64,000 bases of DNA from Eledone cirrhosa. Taxonomy: Eukaryota. The position numbers were made by a program, and so were the translations under genes. Shown here piece by piece: positions 42,443-56,362 of this stretch (positions are counted from its first letter, which is position 1; the number at the start of each line of letters is the position of its first letter). Under the pieces are notes generated by a model. The model was given only the letters and a program-made list of their open reading frames with translations, ran no database searches and was not told the DNA's origin. Location: NCBI GenBank assembly GCA_964016885.1, contig OZ024748.1:56916001-56980000 (forward strand), read 5' to 3'.

Positions 42443-42832
42443 TCCACTCACTCACTCTCTGTTTCTCCCCTTCTCACTTCCTCCCGTTTGGCTTGTAGTG
42501 GGTCTCTTCTTGCTCACATCTCACACACGTCGGACGGTCTGTACCTCTCTCGCTCATGAAATCCACCCAGCTTATGCTGACCGGACAACCATGTTGCTTG
42601 TTTATTTTCCTATCGTCAGTTTGCTTTTATCCTTCTATGTTGTTTACTTGTCCCCCTCGCTTTACGCGAATTACTGGTCCCAATAAGTTTTTTTAGTTAT
42701 TGCTCGCACCAACCTGAGGTATCTGAATTTTAATGCGATGAAATACCAATGATGGTTGGAAAATCACTGACGAAGGACTATTTTTATCATATGTAAACCA
42801 TGTGCAACCACGCAGTATTCTTCTTTCTTCTC

Positions 42833-42917
<85 letters not shown>

Positions 42918-43142
42918 ATGAGAAGAAAGAAGAATACTGCCTGGTTTGCACATGAGTTACATATGATAAAAATAGTGGTTCGTCAGTGATTTTCCAACCA
43001 TCATTGGTATTTCATCGCATTAAAAATCAGATACCTCAGGTTAGTGCGAGCAATAACTAAAAAAACTTATTGGGACCAGTAATTCGCGTAAAGCGAGGGG
43101 GACAAGAAAACAACATAGAAGGATAAAAGCAAACCGAAGATA
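42443..43142. mobile_element. Pair of inverted ~230-bp repeats (family H) facing each other across a (TA)n tract
   Basis: 42611-42840 vs 42912-43142; each arm has CTGACGA (plus-strand copy 42767-42773) pointing toward the centre. Confidence 0.8.
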
Positions 43143-43154
43143 TATATATATATA

Positions 43155-43425
43155 TAACGAAGGAATTGTGGTAAGGAACCAGATGGACGATAACGAACCA
43201 GAATACTCAATACTTAGGGTAGTAGAGTGGGTAGTAGGAAAAGGTATGACCCCGACGACAAAGCTCAAGCCGTTTCGACGGCTATTTCTGGACTGAAATA
43301 GCCGTCGAAACGGCTTGAGCTCAGCCGTCGGGGTGCTACTTGTTCCTATTACCCACTCTACTACCCTAAGTATTGAGTACTTTGGTTCGTTACGGTTCAT
43401 CTGGTTCCTTACCACATTTCCTTCG

Positions 43426-43428
<3 letters not shown>
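43155..43428. mobile_element. Family B fully symmetric palindrome
   Basis: 134-bp imperfect arms around loop tggact (43289-43294); both arms include the tail; (TA)n both sides. Confidence 0.88.
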
Positions 43429-43494
<66 letters not shown>

Positions 43495-43512
43495 CATGTA
43501 TATATACATATA

Positions 43513-43576
<64 letters not shown>

Positions 43577-43594
43577 CATGTATATATACATATA

Positions 43595-43662
<68 letters not shown>

Positions 43663-43671
43663 CATATATAC

Positions 43672-43841
<170 letters not shown>

Positions 43842-43873
43842 GTATATATATATTTATATATATACATATATAC

Positions 43874-43922
<49 letters not shown>

Positions 43923-43931
43923 CATATATAC

Positions 43932-43962
<31 letters not shown>

Positions 43963-43981
43963 CATACATATATATATATAT

Positions 43982-44053
<72 letters not shown>

Positions 44054-45179
44054 GTATGAGTGAGTGCATGTGAATGTTTGTGTTTGTATATATCAGTCCA
44101 TACATCTGTCAAACTGTCGAATATAAAACGTTTTATAAGAATTCTTTCTAATAATCAATACAAATATTACATATACATCCAACATCATCATCATCATCAA
44201 CAGGAGTACAAGCACCACCACCACCACCACCATCATCTTTACCATCACCATCTCCACCTCAACCACCATCCCCAACCCCAACACCATCATCACCACCACC
44301 GCCAACACAACCACCACCACCACCACCACTATCATCATCATCATCACCACCGCCACCACCACCGCCGCCACCATCGCCATCACAACCTTCAACATCATCA
44401 ACACCACGATGATTACCATCACCCTCGTCATCATTACCGCCATCTCCTCCACCACCACCACTGTCAACAACAACAACAACAACAACATTAAACCACCTTC
44501 ATACCATCGTCCCTATGGAAACCTCCACCCCCTCTGTCACTAAGGCCAGTTGGTCATTTTACCAACAGCAATTCCTAACACAAAAACGCATACACACATA
44601 CACATATCCACACATACACATATCCACACATACACACATCCACACATCCATGCATACACACATCCACACATACACACATCCACACATACACACATATCTA
44701 CACACACCGATGTATATACCCACACACGTACACACACAACACACAACACACACACACACACATTTATGCCCAGATGACCTCAAACAAACGCATACACACC
44801 TACGTGTACACAAACTCTTACATACATTCTCGCATACACACACTCACAGTATATACAGATACATAACACAAATACACGCATACATATATATCGACAAACA
44901 GTCATTCAGTCATACACACAGGTGCACACTCACGTGAACACACACGTACACACACACACACATGCAAACACACACGTGCACAAAAAATACACATAGATAG
45001 ATATATACATGAACGCACAATATACATCAATACAGAACACATATGCATGCAAATAAACAACCACTCATAGAAACCCCCACGTACGCTAACATACGTACAC
45101 ACATCTGCACTCACACACATACACACACACATATAAACAATAATTTACCACACACACACACACATGTACACACACATAC

Positions 45180-45706
45180 GCATATACATAAATGCGTAGA
45201 GACATATACAGAGAGAAACAGACAGACAGACTCATATACAGTACTATTTCCCGTACACACACGTATACACTCTTGCACGCTTATATACATTCACACAGAC
45301 ACATACATGCATAAAGAGAGAAAGGGAGAATGAGAAAGGAAAATAGAGAGGGGGGGATGGAAAGAGAGAGAGGAAGACAGACAGAGACAGACAGAGAGAG
45401 AGACATATATATAGAGAGAGAGGGAGATAGAGAGAATGAAAGAGAGACAGATGGACAAAGAGACAAACATACAGCACCATTTCCCGTACACACACGTATG
45501 CACTCCTGCACACATACACACATTCATACAGAGACACATACATACAGAGAGAGAGGGGGGGGGCAGACAGACAGAAACTGAGAAAGAGTGAGAGAGAGAG
45601 AGAGAGACTCACACATACAGTCAAGATACACACACACACATATACATTTCCCGTACACACATGTATGCACACTTCCACACACACAAATTCACACAGATAC
45701 ACATTC

Positions 45707-45742
<36 letters not shown>

Positions 45743-45823
45743 GTATATATATATATATATATACAGAAATACAGAGAGACACAAACTGAGAGAGAGGGGT
45801 GAGAGAGAGAGAGACAGCAACAG

Positions 45824-45855
<32 letters not shown>

Positions 45856-46260
45856 GAATACAACAACACACACACACACACACACACGCACACACACACA
45901 TATATATACACTCGCACATACTACCACCACCATTTCCCGTACACCCAAATATGCACTCCTGCACACGTACACAAATTCACACAGAGACACATTCAGAAAG
46001 AGAGAGAGGGGGGGGGGAGAAGCAGAAACTGAGAGAGAAAGAGAGAGAGAGAAGCAGAGAGAGGGGGGAGAGAGAAAGATACAGATAGACGGAAACTGAG
46101 AGAGAGGGAGGCCGAGAGAGGGTGACAGTAAGACAGCGACAGAAACTGAGAGAGGAACAGAGTGATGCACACACATACAACCACACACACAAACACACAC
46201 ACACACACATATATATATACATATATACACACCCACACAGACCAGCACCATTTCCCGCCT
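45180..46260 (+). repeat. Complex satellite built from (CA)n/(GA)n modules
   Basis: Anchor atttcccgtacac recurs at ~45246, 45479, 45646, 45932 (partial at ~46250); cagaaactgaga recurs between them. Confidence 0.75.
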
Positions 46261-47232
46261 ATGTTAGAGAGTATCAGAGGTGAAAGGTTTTCCCTGATTC
46301 ATGGCCACTTTACTTTTGCTTCTCTCTTTTGTTTTTTTTTATTTTATTCTTTTACTCTTCGAATTTTGATTGATTTAGTTTCGGTCAGAAGTGAGCAAAA
46401 TCAACGTCTTTCCAGAAATAGAACAACACACACAATTGTAGACACCCTACCTAAACTAGACCCATCCTTCCTCATCCACAACCATTGATATCTTCTCACT
46501 CTGCTTATTTTTATCTCCCATTCTTCTTTTTCCACCTATATTTCTCTCCCTTTGCTACTCCCTTTTTTTTGCTTCTTTTACAGCCCCTTTTTCTTTATTT
46601 TACATTCTAGTTTTGCTTTATTTCTCTTTTATGTTCCTCTCCTTTCATTTCTTCTCCTCCTCCTCCTCCTTCTTCTTCTTCTTCTTCTTTTCTTCTTTTT
46701 TTCATCATTTTCTTCTTCTTCATTTTTTTCTTCTTTTTTCTTCTTCTTGTTATTACTTTTTCTTGTTATTTTTTCTTCTACTTGTTTTTTTCTATTTTGT
46801 CATCACCATCATCACCATCATCACCACCATCACCATCATCACCACCATCACCACCATCAACATCACTATCATCACCACCATCACCATCACCACCATCACC
46901 ATCATCACCATCATCACCATCATCACCATCATCATCATCATCATCATCATCAGCATCAACATCATCATCATCCACTTCTTTCCTCTTCGTCATCACCATC
47001 TTCATCATCGTCCTCCTGCTCATCCATTTCCTTCCTCTTACCCCTACCCCCTCTTACCCCTACCTCCTCTCTATCCACGACATCCTTAACATTATCAATA
47101 CCTCGTCTTTACTTTTATTCTGATGTTGCTCTTCATGTTCTCCTGCTTATTCTTTTCCCTCACCTCCAACCTCCTCCTTTCCTCTCCCTCTTCCCGCACC
47201 CATTACTGCTGTTGCTGCTGTTGCTGCCGCTG

Positions 47233-47295
<63 letters not shown>

Positions 47296-47362
47296 TCACC
47301 ACCACTACTAACACTACTACTACTACTACAGCTCCCACCACCACCGCTACCACCACTACCAC

Positions 47363-47438
<76 letters not shown>

Positions 47439-47441
<3 letters not shown>

Positions 47442-47619
47442 TGTTTCTACGTTAGGCACAAGGCCAGCAATACCCAGTGTATTACTGGTACTTTATTTTA
47501 TCGACCCGTAAGGATGAAAGGCAAAGTTAACCTTGGCGGGATCTGAACTTAGACCATAAAGGGCCGTAACTCTTTGTTGCAAAGCATGGCGTCAGACCCT
47601 CTACCGATACTGCCAATCC

Positions 47620-47620
<1 letters not shown>
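47439..47620 (-). mobile_element. Young OK-like SINE in (AAT)n
   Basis: Near full-length match to family; (AAT)n on both sides. Confidence 0.92.
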
Positions 47621-47670
<50 letters not shown>

Positions 47671-47671
<1 letters not shown>

Positions 47672-48220
47672 GAGTGATCCACTGGTACCTATGCAAAGTA
47701 AATAATTTACCACATTCTGAGAAGTGGTATGAGCATAAGCCAGAGTCGGTGATAGAAAACGATCAGGTGAAGGTGCTGTGGGATTTTAGGATACAAACGG
47801 ACGAGAAACTGTAACACAATAGGCCTGACCTGGTGATTTTGGACAAGGAAAAAAGATTGTGCCTGATTGTAGATGTAGCCTGCCCATTTGACACGAGAGT
47901 GCAAGAAAAGGAGAGGGAGAAAATTAATCGATACCAGGATTTGGAACTGCCATGAAATCAAGGTTGTCCCCATTGTCAAAGGCGCACTAGGTACTATCTC
48001 AAAGAGTTTCCAAGGATGGTTAAAGAACATTAGTCCAGCCCCGCTTTTTGGAACACTTCAAAAGGTATGCTTGCTGGGAACAGCAAGAACCCTCCGATAC
48101 GTCTTGAATATCTGAGACTGCAGGTAGCGGCTTGATATTCATTTCAACAAACTTTCCAGTTAAATAACAACAATGACTGAGTCTCAAAGAATACTACTAC
48201 TACTACTACTACTACTACTA
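47671..48220 (+). mobile_element. 5'-truncated Dong/R4-clade non-LTR retrotransposon (restriction-like endonuclease domain)
   Basis: VIHWYLCK...KWYEHKPESVIENDQVKVLWDFRIQTD..*HNRPDLVILDK...IVDVACPFD....EKEREKINRYQDL / VVPIVKGALG...LQKVCLLGTARTLR; internal stop 47812-47814, frameshift ~47942; starts in (TAA)n, ends in (TAC)n. Confidence 0.9.
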
Positions 48221-48309
48221 TTTGGATCTTTATATCTGCTTCGTAAGCTAAATTCTCCCTAAAATGAAACCATTACTCTCACCTCATAAACGTAAAGCCC
48301 CTATTTAAT

Positions 48310-48491
48310 AATTGTTTCTACTTTTGGCACAAGGCCAGCAATTACCCAATGTATTACTGGTACTTTATTTTATCGACCCCGTAAGGATGAAAGTCAAAGT
48401 TAACCTCGGCGCGATTTGAACTCAGACCGTAAAGGGACGTAACTCTATGCTTCAAAGCATGGTGTCCGACTCTCTACCGATACTGCCAATC
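48310..48491 (-). mobile_element. Young OK-like SINE
   Basis: Full body match; atttaataat repeated on both flanks. Confidence 0.92.
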
Positions 48492-49741
48492 GATGGTCCT
48501 AATTTAATAATGCCAAGCTATATCATTCGATGGAAAAGGATTATACCTGGAGCCACTTTGGTCATCACCCTGAACCGCCACGTTTACCCGTCAGCGAAAA
48601 TAAAATCACAGCAAGCACATATACTTTTCAACATTATTGTAGTCAACTACTTCTGCTAGATTATATTGTTCGTTGCAGTTGTGTACTTAAACTTCTTAAC
48701 TTTTGCCAGTATGGATCGTCAGAGTGAGGTCAATTTTGCCTTTCATCCATTCAACATCGATAAAAACCTACTAGTTTAGTATTGGGATCGATTCGTTCTC
48801 TATATCTGTTTCTCTCTTCCATTCTCTCACACTCTATCCTTCTCTAAAAGAAGTCTGCTGTATTCTGACCTGGAGATGAGATAGGTTCCTCCAGGGCTAA
48901 AAAAAAGTCCAAGAAACGCTGTATGTCAATATGAAGCACCTACAACTCCCTTAGGGTTTACTGGACCATGCATGCAGGAATTGTCAAAGCAGGGGTGGAT
49001 TCACAGAATTATTAGAACAACCATTATTTCTGGTATGTGTTCCGATTATTTACGGTGAGTTCAAATCTCTTTGTGGCAAATGTGTACTTCGTTTTTCCGG
49101 TGTCAATAAAAATAAATTACCAGTCAAGTACTGAGAGCAATGTCATTGACATTTCACTCATCCATCAAATTGCTGTTCGTTTGCGTAAAAGCTCATCAAA
49201 AATGGAAAGGTGTCGGTCAAATTACCTGGTCGAATATCTTGACATCTGCATATATAATGAGTTTTCTAGAACAGAAATCCTTCCGAAATCGTATAAAATA
49301 TATATTTCACAAGTTAATTGACAGCAAATGGTTTTTTGGCTCTCCAGGCCCTCGGTTGGACTGCAGTGTGCAGGGATATACGAAAAACTTCCATATATCT
49401 AAAGTACTTGGGTTTAATTATTTAACTAAGATACCACACAGTAAGGTATTGTACATAATATATTCCTCTGTGTGTAGTTCCGTTCATTTAGAATATCATT
49501 CCAAACGTTACCAATATAGACTTTCTTGCCTGGACAATAAATAAAACTGAATAGATTGATTGTTATTGGTGATAAATTATATGTAAGTCTCGAATAACAT
49601 TAGTTTTAAATTTTATCGATTTTCAAACAAAAACTAATTGCTGAAAATCATTAATTCTTCAAAATAAAATGAGCATTCTCTGTAATTTCAGACGCAATAA
49701 TAATCTACAAATCATTTTCACCATCAACACCAGATCTCATC

Positions 49742-49772
<31 letters not shown>

Positions 49773-49871
49773 AATTGATATATATATATATGTATGTATA
49801 TATATATATTATGTATATACATGTATATATATATATTTCGTTTCTGAATTTGTTTAGCAAGATTCTTTATC

Positions 49872-49988
49872 GGATGAAAGGCAAAGTTAACCTCGGCGGG
49901 ATTTGAACTCAGATCATAATGGGCCGTAACTATATGCTGCAAAGCATGGCGTCCGACCCTCTATCGATACTGCCAATCCACCGCCCTT
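49872..49988 (-). mobile_element. OK-like SINE 5' half
   Basis: Intact head gggcggtggattggcagtatcg and box B on minus. Confidence 0.9.
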
Positions 49989-50662
49989 AGTTATCAAATA
50001 ATATCAAGGATTCTGACGATTTTGTTGTATAAATATCATAAATGTTACACCTGAATGTTCATTCTATATATTGCGTCTCTTCTAAACTGTTTTCTCTGCT
50101 CAGTTGGGTTTTAAATAAAACATTTATGCGACTAAATGTGTTAAATAACGTTACCATTTTTATTTTGAATCTTGTTCTTTGTCGTCATCAGTGTTGTTGC
50201 AGTTGTCGCCGTCGTCGTTGACGAAATGGTCTATATTGTTGTTGTAGTTGTCATTGTTGTTGTTGTTTTTGTTGTTGTCGTTGTTTAATTTCAGATCAGT
50301 CCTGATAATGCAAACCTTTATATTAAGAATATTTCACTACTACCCTGCCCGTCTATATATTATCTAAGACAGCATTACATAATATAGCCGTATTGTTTAT
50401 AAAAGTAAGTGTCATATCAGGGAGAAATACTTAGATTATCAAGCAGGTGAAATTTAGAGTTTGTAATACAGGCACGTTATTTTTGTCTTTGCTTTGTACT
50501 TTTGTTTATATGTGGAGAGATATACTGTTGGTATGCTGTCAGCATCATTGTATCGTAACTGTGGATATCACATCTAAATATGAATTTACAAAGTTATAAG
50601 AGAGTAACATGGCATGATATATAGTTTACCATTGAAGTCAGCAATACCATTGTAATACGTAT

Positions 50663-50701
<39 letters not shown>

Positions 50702-50774
50702 CATACATATAAATGCATAGATATTCACTGATGTATACAGATGTACAGCGACAGAGATTGATACCCCACCATAC

Positions 50775-50834
<60 letters not shown>

Positions 50835-50847
50835 TTATATATATATA

Positions 50848-50958
<111 letters not shown>

Positions 50959-52659
50959 ATAAATTGTTTGGCTTAGTCACAATGACCCTATATTTTGGTG
51001 GGAGAGAGAAAATAGATATTTGTGAAATTTATGCCTTTCCTAAAAGCATTAGCAGCGTAAATGAAGTGAATTGGATCCAAGCAGCGCTCTAATGTTGATT
51101 GATGAGTGTTTTGTAAGCTCATTGTGCTAAGAACAAGCTTCCCTATGGGAAAAGAGAAAAAAAAACGATTTCTTCTGAAGGAGGAGTACTGGACGTAGGA
51201 CCTGACCAGTTCATCCCATTAAAATATTCTACGTTACTGAAATCACTGGCTCGAAAAGTCATGTCTATGCTGCGTGTGTGTTGCAAGGTGATTTAGAGTT
51301 TGGGACGGAATAGAAATAATTTAATTCATTCAAAGCATTGTATGCTGCGTTCTGTCATCGTAGAAATCCATCAACGAGCTACCGAGGCAATCTATATGTG
51401 GTAAATTGTAAAGCTGCTAGAAATAGCAGCAAAATACTCCATCAACTTACGCATTCTGCTTCTTCTTTTTCTTTTCCCGTATCTCCCGGTTGGGGGTGGG
51501 GTGGGGGGGGGGTCCTAACACAACCGTATTTACATAGGGCGTTTTTAGGGCATTTTGAAACCTTGTTGACCCCATGTCCTCCTCAGGTCTGAATACAGCA
51601 CACACATTTTTTCTAGAGAAGGGTAGAGTGAATGCGAAAATGTAAGTGAGAAAGAGATATAGAGGAAGAATCAACCGTAGTTGATTTTTTTGGCCTCCAA
51701 TGGATAGAAGACGAAGTTTAACTTGGAGGGAGATTAACTTAGAGATCAGAGAGAGCCGAAACGAATACCCCAAAGCATCATATCCGACATTGAATGATTC
51801 CAATTACACTGAATAAAATATTTCTATGCTTATTCTGCCTTCATGACAAATGATGACTCTGGATGGACAATCCTGGAACGTCTTTGATTCTAGGTCTGCT
51901 CAACCATGGTTAAACTGAGGTTAAAAATTAATGTTTTACAAGAACAATATCTATTAGTTTAATGAAATCAAAAAGTTGTGAATCTGCTGGCAACTGTGAG
52001 CTTTCAATTCGAGGCTGTACATACGAAAAGTAATGTACACCATTGAGTATGATGAATAATTCGTCAGTTTCAACGATACGCTGTCAGAATTATGCCATAC
52101 GTGCATATCTAACTCACGATAACTGTTTGGGTCTTTAGGATTAGTGCCATCATGGTGGGCGTAATATTGTCTCTTAATTAAAACTAAATCCATATAATTT
52201 ATTTACCATCGGCCCCAACAAAATAAAAGAATACCATATATATGTCCTAATGTTCCATAAACATGGTCAGCTGAATTTAAGTGCCTTTAAGCAAGCCAAA
52301 GAACAAAGTATGCTCAACCAGGTTGTATAAACTCCTACAAATAGCAGCTAAATCCCCTCTCAGATAGCAAACGGGAAACGTAAGTATAGGATCAAACATT
52401 GTTCAATAGGTTTTCTGATATACGAAAGTGAAAGAGGAAATGACCCGCCTGGAGTTAAAATAGTTTTGCTTTATCATTGTTAACTTTATTCTAAATAAAA
52501 ATACCAGGTCTGACTTGCTGTTAAATAAGCCATGAATTTGAGATGGGGTGGTGGGGGTGGGGGGGGGGGGGGGTGTATTACATCGACCTAGTACATAACT
52601 AATACTTTTTGTTTTCTCCAGCGTTGTGCCAGTCCGGCACCCTCCTTGCTGTTAAATAA

Positions 52660-52820
52660 TGGTTTCTTATATAAGCACAAGGCCAGTGGGAGGGGAAAGT
52701 TGATTAAATCGACCCCAGTGCGTGACTGATACTTTATTGTATCGGCCCCGGAAGGATGAATGGCAAAGTTAACCTCGGCGGGATTTGAACTCTATACCGA
52801 TACTGCCAATTCACCGCCCT
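52660..52820 (-). mobile_element. Internally deleted OK-like SINE (long subfamily) with TSD
   Basis: Box A joined directly to box B; ctgttaaataa at 52649-52659 and 52823-52833. Confidence 0.87.
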
Positions 52821-53280
52821 TTCTGTTAAATAAGAGCAGCAACAATAACATTATGTATTTTCAGACACGTCAAGTTGAAATGTTATCAGAATCATTAAGT
52901 CTCGGTTTCGGTACTAAATCATGGCATCTTGGTCAAGTGTTATTCTCCACAGTATCAAGTCGGCTACAGCTTTACGAGTGACAATTGGTAAACAGTGCAT
53001 GACCAAATGGCTTTGCACCCAGTAAGGCCGGGTGTGACCCTACTGTAGGAACTCAAAAGCAAGTGTTGAGTCAACCCAAGTATTATGAGTAAAAGTAACT
53101 AAAGTGAAACTGTTTGGAAGCCCTTCGAATGGAATCAGTTGTAAATCAAAGTGTAAGCCATGCCATACGATCCATCACGTTGAATTCTTCTTGAGAATTT
53201 CCTTGTCGATATTCTTCTCTTTAGAATATTCGGCTACTTTTATATTAATATTATAAACAATATTATAACAATAGGTTATA

Positions 53281-53471
53281 GGGCGGTAGATTGGCAGTTT
53301 CGGTAGAGGATTGGACGCCATGTTTTGCAGTAAAGAGTTATGGCCCTTTATGGTCTGAGTTCAAATCCCGCCGAGGTTAACTTTGCCTTTCATCGTTACG
53401 GGGGTCGATAAAATAAAGTACCAGCAATGCACTGGGTAATTGCTGGCCTTGTGCCAAATGTAGAAACAATT
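53281..53471 (+). mobile_element. Full-length young OK-like SINE
   Basis: Complete head, boxes A/B, 3' end; attataaacaatat on both flanks. Confidence 0.93.
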
Positions 53472-54030
53472 ATAAACAATATCTTCCGTTGATCGAAAGA
53501 ATGGAAAACTCGGCTTTGATAGCGACGAAGTTTCTTATAAAAGCTATTACGATACGAACAGTGAACGCTTTAACGGTTTAAAGTCAACACACGAACCACA
53601 GGACAAGCCAGTATACTTAGACGCAGAAGAGTAATTCACGAAGATAAACAAGAATAAAATCTAAGCAAAAAACTACAACAAATATTTATCTCTCATTAGT
53701 GATAAATAACGTTGATATAAACGAGATATCATATAAATGTATTAATGAGAATTTGACACGTGACACACCAAATACCTTGTTATGTTTCGGCTCCCAATGG
53801 CGAGAACTTTTAAAGGTGATTGGTCTACCTTTTTTCTGATGGGCAAAGTGAAAATAAAAAAACATTTAAGAGAATGGAAACAAAACAAACACTTTAGAAT
53901 ATAAGATATTGTAATAATTAAGAAATCAATCCAAACTACTTTTAACACAACGTTTAATCTCGTCCACTTTCTCCTATTTAATATAAAATATATCTTCCTA
54001 TTGATCTAGGTATAATCTTCATTTCTATCA

Positions 54031-54076
<46 letters not shown>

Positions 54077-54342
54077 TACAAACACATACACACAAACACA
54101 TGCCCCCTCCCGCGCCCCCACGCGCACATATATTTATATATATATATGTGGAGAGAGAGAGAGAGGAGTATCTATGACATATTCCCGCAAATCTATGTGA
54201 ACACAAGTATATATATACTTTCTAATTTATACATAAATATATGTACAGTTAATTGCGTATGAATTTAGTGTATCCTTAATTTTAGATATAAAGACTTGTT
54301 TAGGGACATACATAGACAGGGATATATATATACGTATAGTAC

Positions 54343-54374
<32 letters not shown>

Positions 54375-54382
54375 TTACATGT

Positions 54383-54456
<74 letters not shown>

Positions 54457-54512
54457 ATATATATTTATATATATATATGTATATATATATTTATATATAC
54501 ATATATATATTT

Positions 54513-54547
<35 letters not shown>

Positions 54548-55310
54548 CATATATATATATATATATATATGAGTCTATGAGTGTTTCTATGCATATGGGC
54601 GGGATGGGGGAGGGGGCGTTTGCGTTTAGGTATTGTATGTATTTTACGAATTTATATTTTGAGTAGACCCCATTAATGGCCGAGATATCAGCAGGAGTCG
54701 ACTGAGTAAATGAGGCGATCGTAGTGGAAACCTTAGAAGAAAACTTGGGGCGGAGTGTAGAAGGGGCAGTGTTTTGTATCAGTTTACAATGGATTCTTGA
54801 TTAAGATAGATCGCTTCCGCCGAACGAAAAACCCAGATTGTGGCATTTTATATTAAAAGCATCATTTTTGGCACTCTCTTACTTCCAAGTTAAATATATT
54901 AACACGTTTCTGTAAAACATTTGTTGGTAATGAAATGAAAGTCACAAGATAGAGAAAAAAAATCACTTAACCACACATACATATGTGCATGCATACATAT
55001 ATACATATATACATACATATATGCATACATACATAATCACACACATGAATAAAGACAGTTACATTCTCGCATGCATATGTATGTACATACGCAATTACAT
55101 ACGTTCATTCGCTCATGATTTTCATCAATAACGTCATCATCACCAATTCTTCTTCTTCTTCTTCTTCTTCTTCTTCTTCTTCTTCTTCTTCTTCTTCTTC
55201 TTCTTCTTCTTCTTCTTCTTCTTCCCATTATTTCCTCTACATAATAATATTATTATAATATATCAACACATCTATATCGATAGGTATATCTACAATAACG
55301 ATATCCATCC

Positions 55311-55396
<86 letters not shown>

Positions 55397-55437
55397 ATCT
55401 CTCTATCTCTCTCACTCTCTCTCCCTCGAGAGAGAGA

Positions 55438-55640
55438 GATATCAACATGAATGGACGTGTTATTTTTATCTAAAGACATTTTTCCAATTCCACCCCGTCC
55501 GTCCCTTCAATTTATCTTAATTCCCATTCTTTCTTCTGATGAAGGACTAGCGTCCGAAACGTTAATACCCTCTTCCTGCTATTTCAAGCGTTAACCTAAT
55601 ATTTCCCTTCCATATACTGTACTGATTGTGTTGTTATTTC
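55438..55640 (+). mobile_element. Family D copy with minimal hammerhead motif
   Basis: CTGATGA(55536-55542)-a-ggac tagc gtcc-GAAA(55556-55559)-cgt-TA; palindromic AACGTT stem III; lies between (CT)n/(GA)n and (CA)n. Confidence 0.72.
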
Positions 55641-55697
55641 TGTTTACCTTTTACACACAAACACACACACATACACATACACAAACACCCACCCACA

Positions 55698-55838
<141 letters not shown>

Positions 55839-55839
55839 T

Positions 55840-56329
55840 TAATACATTAACAGAGAAAGCTTTAAGCAATACTCCGACTGACTTCCGTCTCACTCAACAA
55901 ACATTAGGATATACCTTAGTATAATCCCAATTATACGTTTGGGGTGCTAACTCTACGTATTTTGCGGATAGCCAGTTGTATTATTTTATATGAGACATAA
56001 TTAAATACATCCCTCCTTCCAAACGATCGTTTCATTATAAGTTTTCTACAAGTTGGGAAAATAATGTCCAGGTTATGTAGAAGCCTACACATAGTCTATA
56101 GAAATATATGCAGTTGGGCACTTATAAATCATCAGTGGCTGCCCAACAATATCGATATAAACAAAACCCTACCGATATTAACATTCAGCGATGGTACCCG
56201 TCAGTGTTAGAGTGACCGCCAAATTTGAAATTCCAGCAGTCTCACACGGAGAAATCTCACACCGTCACCAAGCGGGAACGGGAGGTCATCGCAAAATATA
56301 AAAAGATAAAATAATATGTACGCAGGTCA

Positions 56330-56330
<1 letters not shown>
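55840..56330 (-). mobile_element. Family E copy 2 with intact long-stem-II hammerhead motif (56019-56138)
   Basis: Minus: cca-CTGATGA-tttataag...cttataat-GAAA-cgatcg-TT-tgg; TA repeats at both ends. Confidence 0.78.
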
Positions 56331-56362
<32 letters not shown>

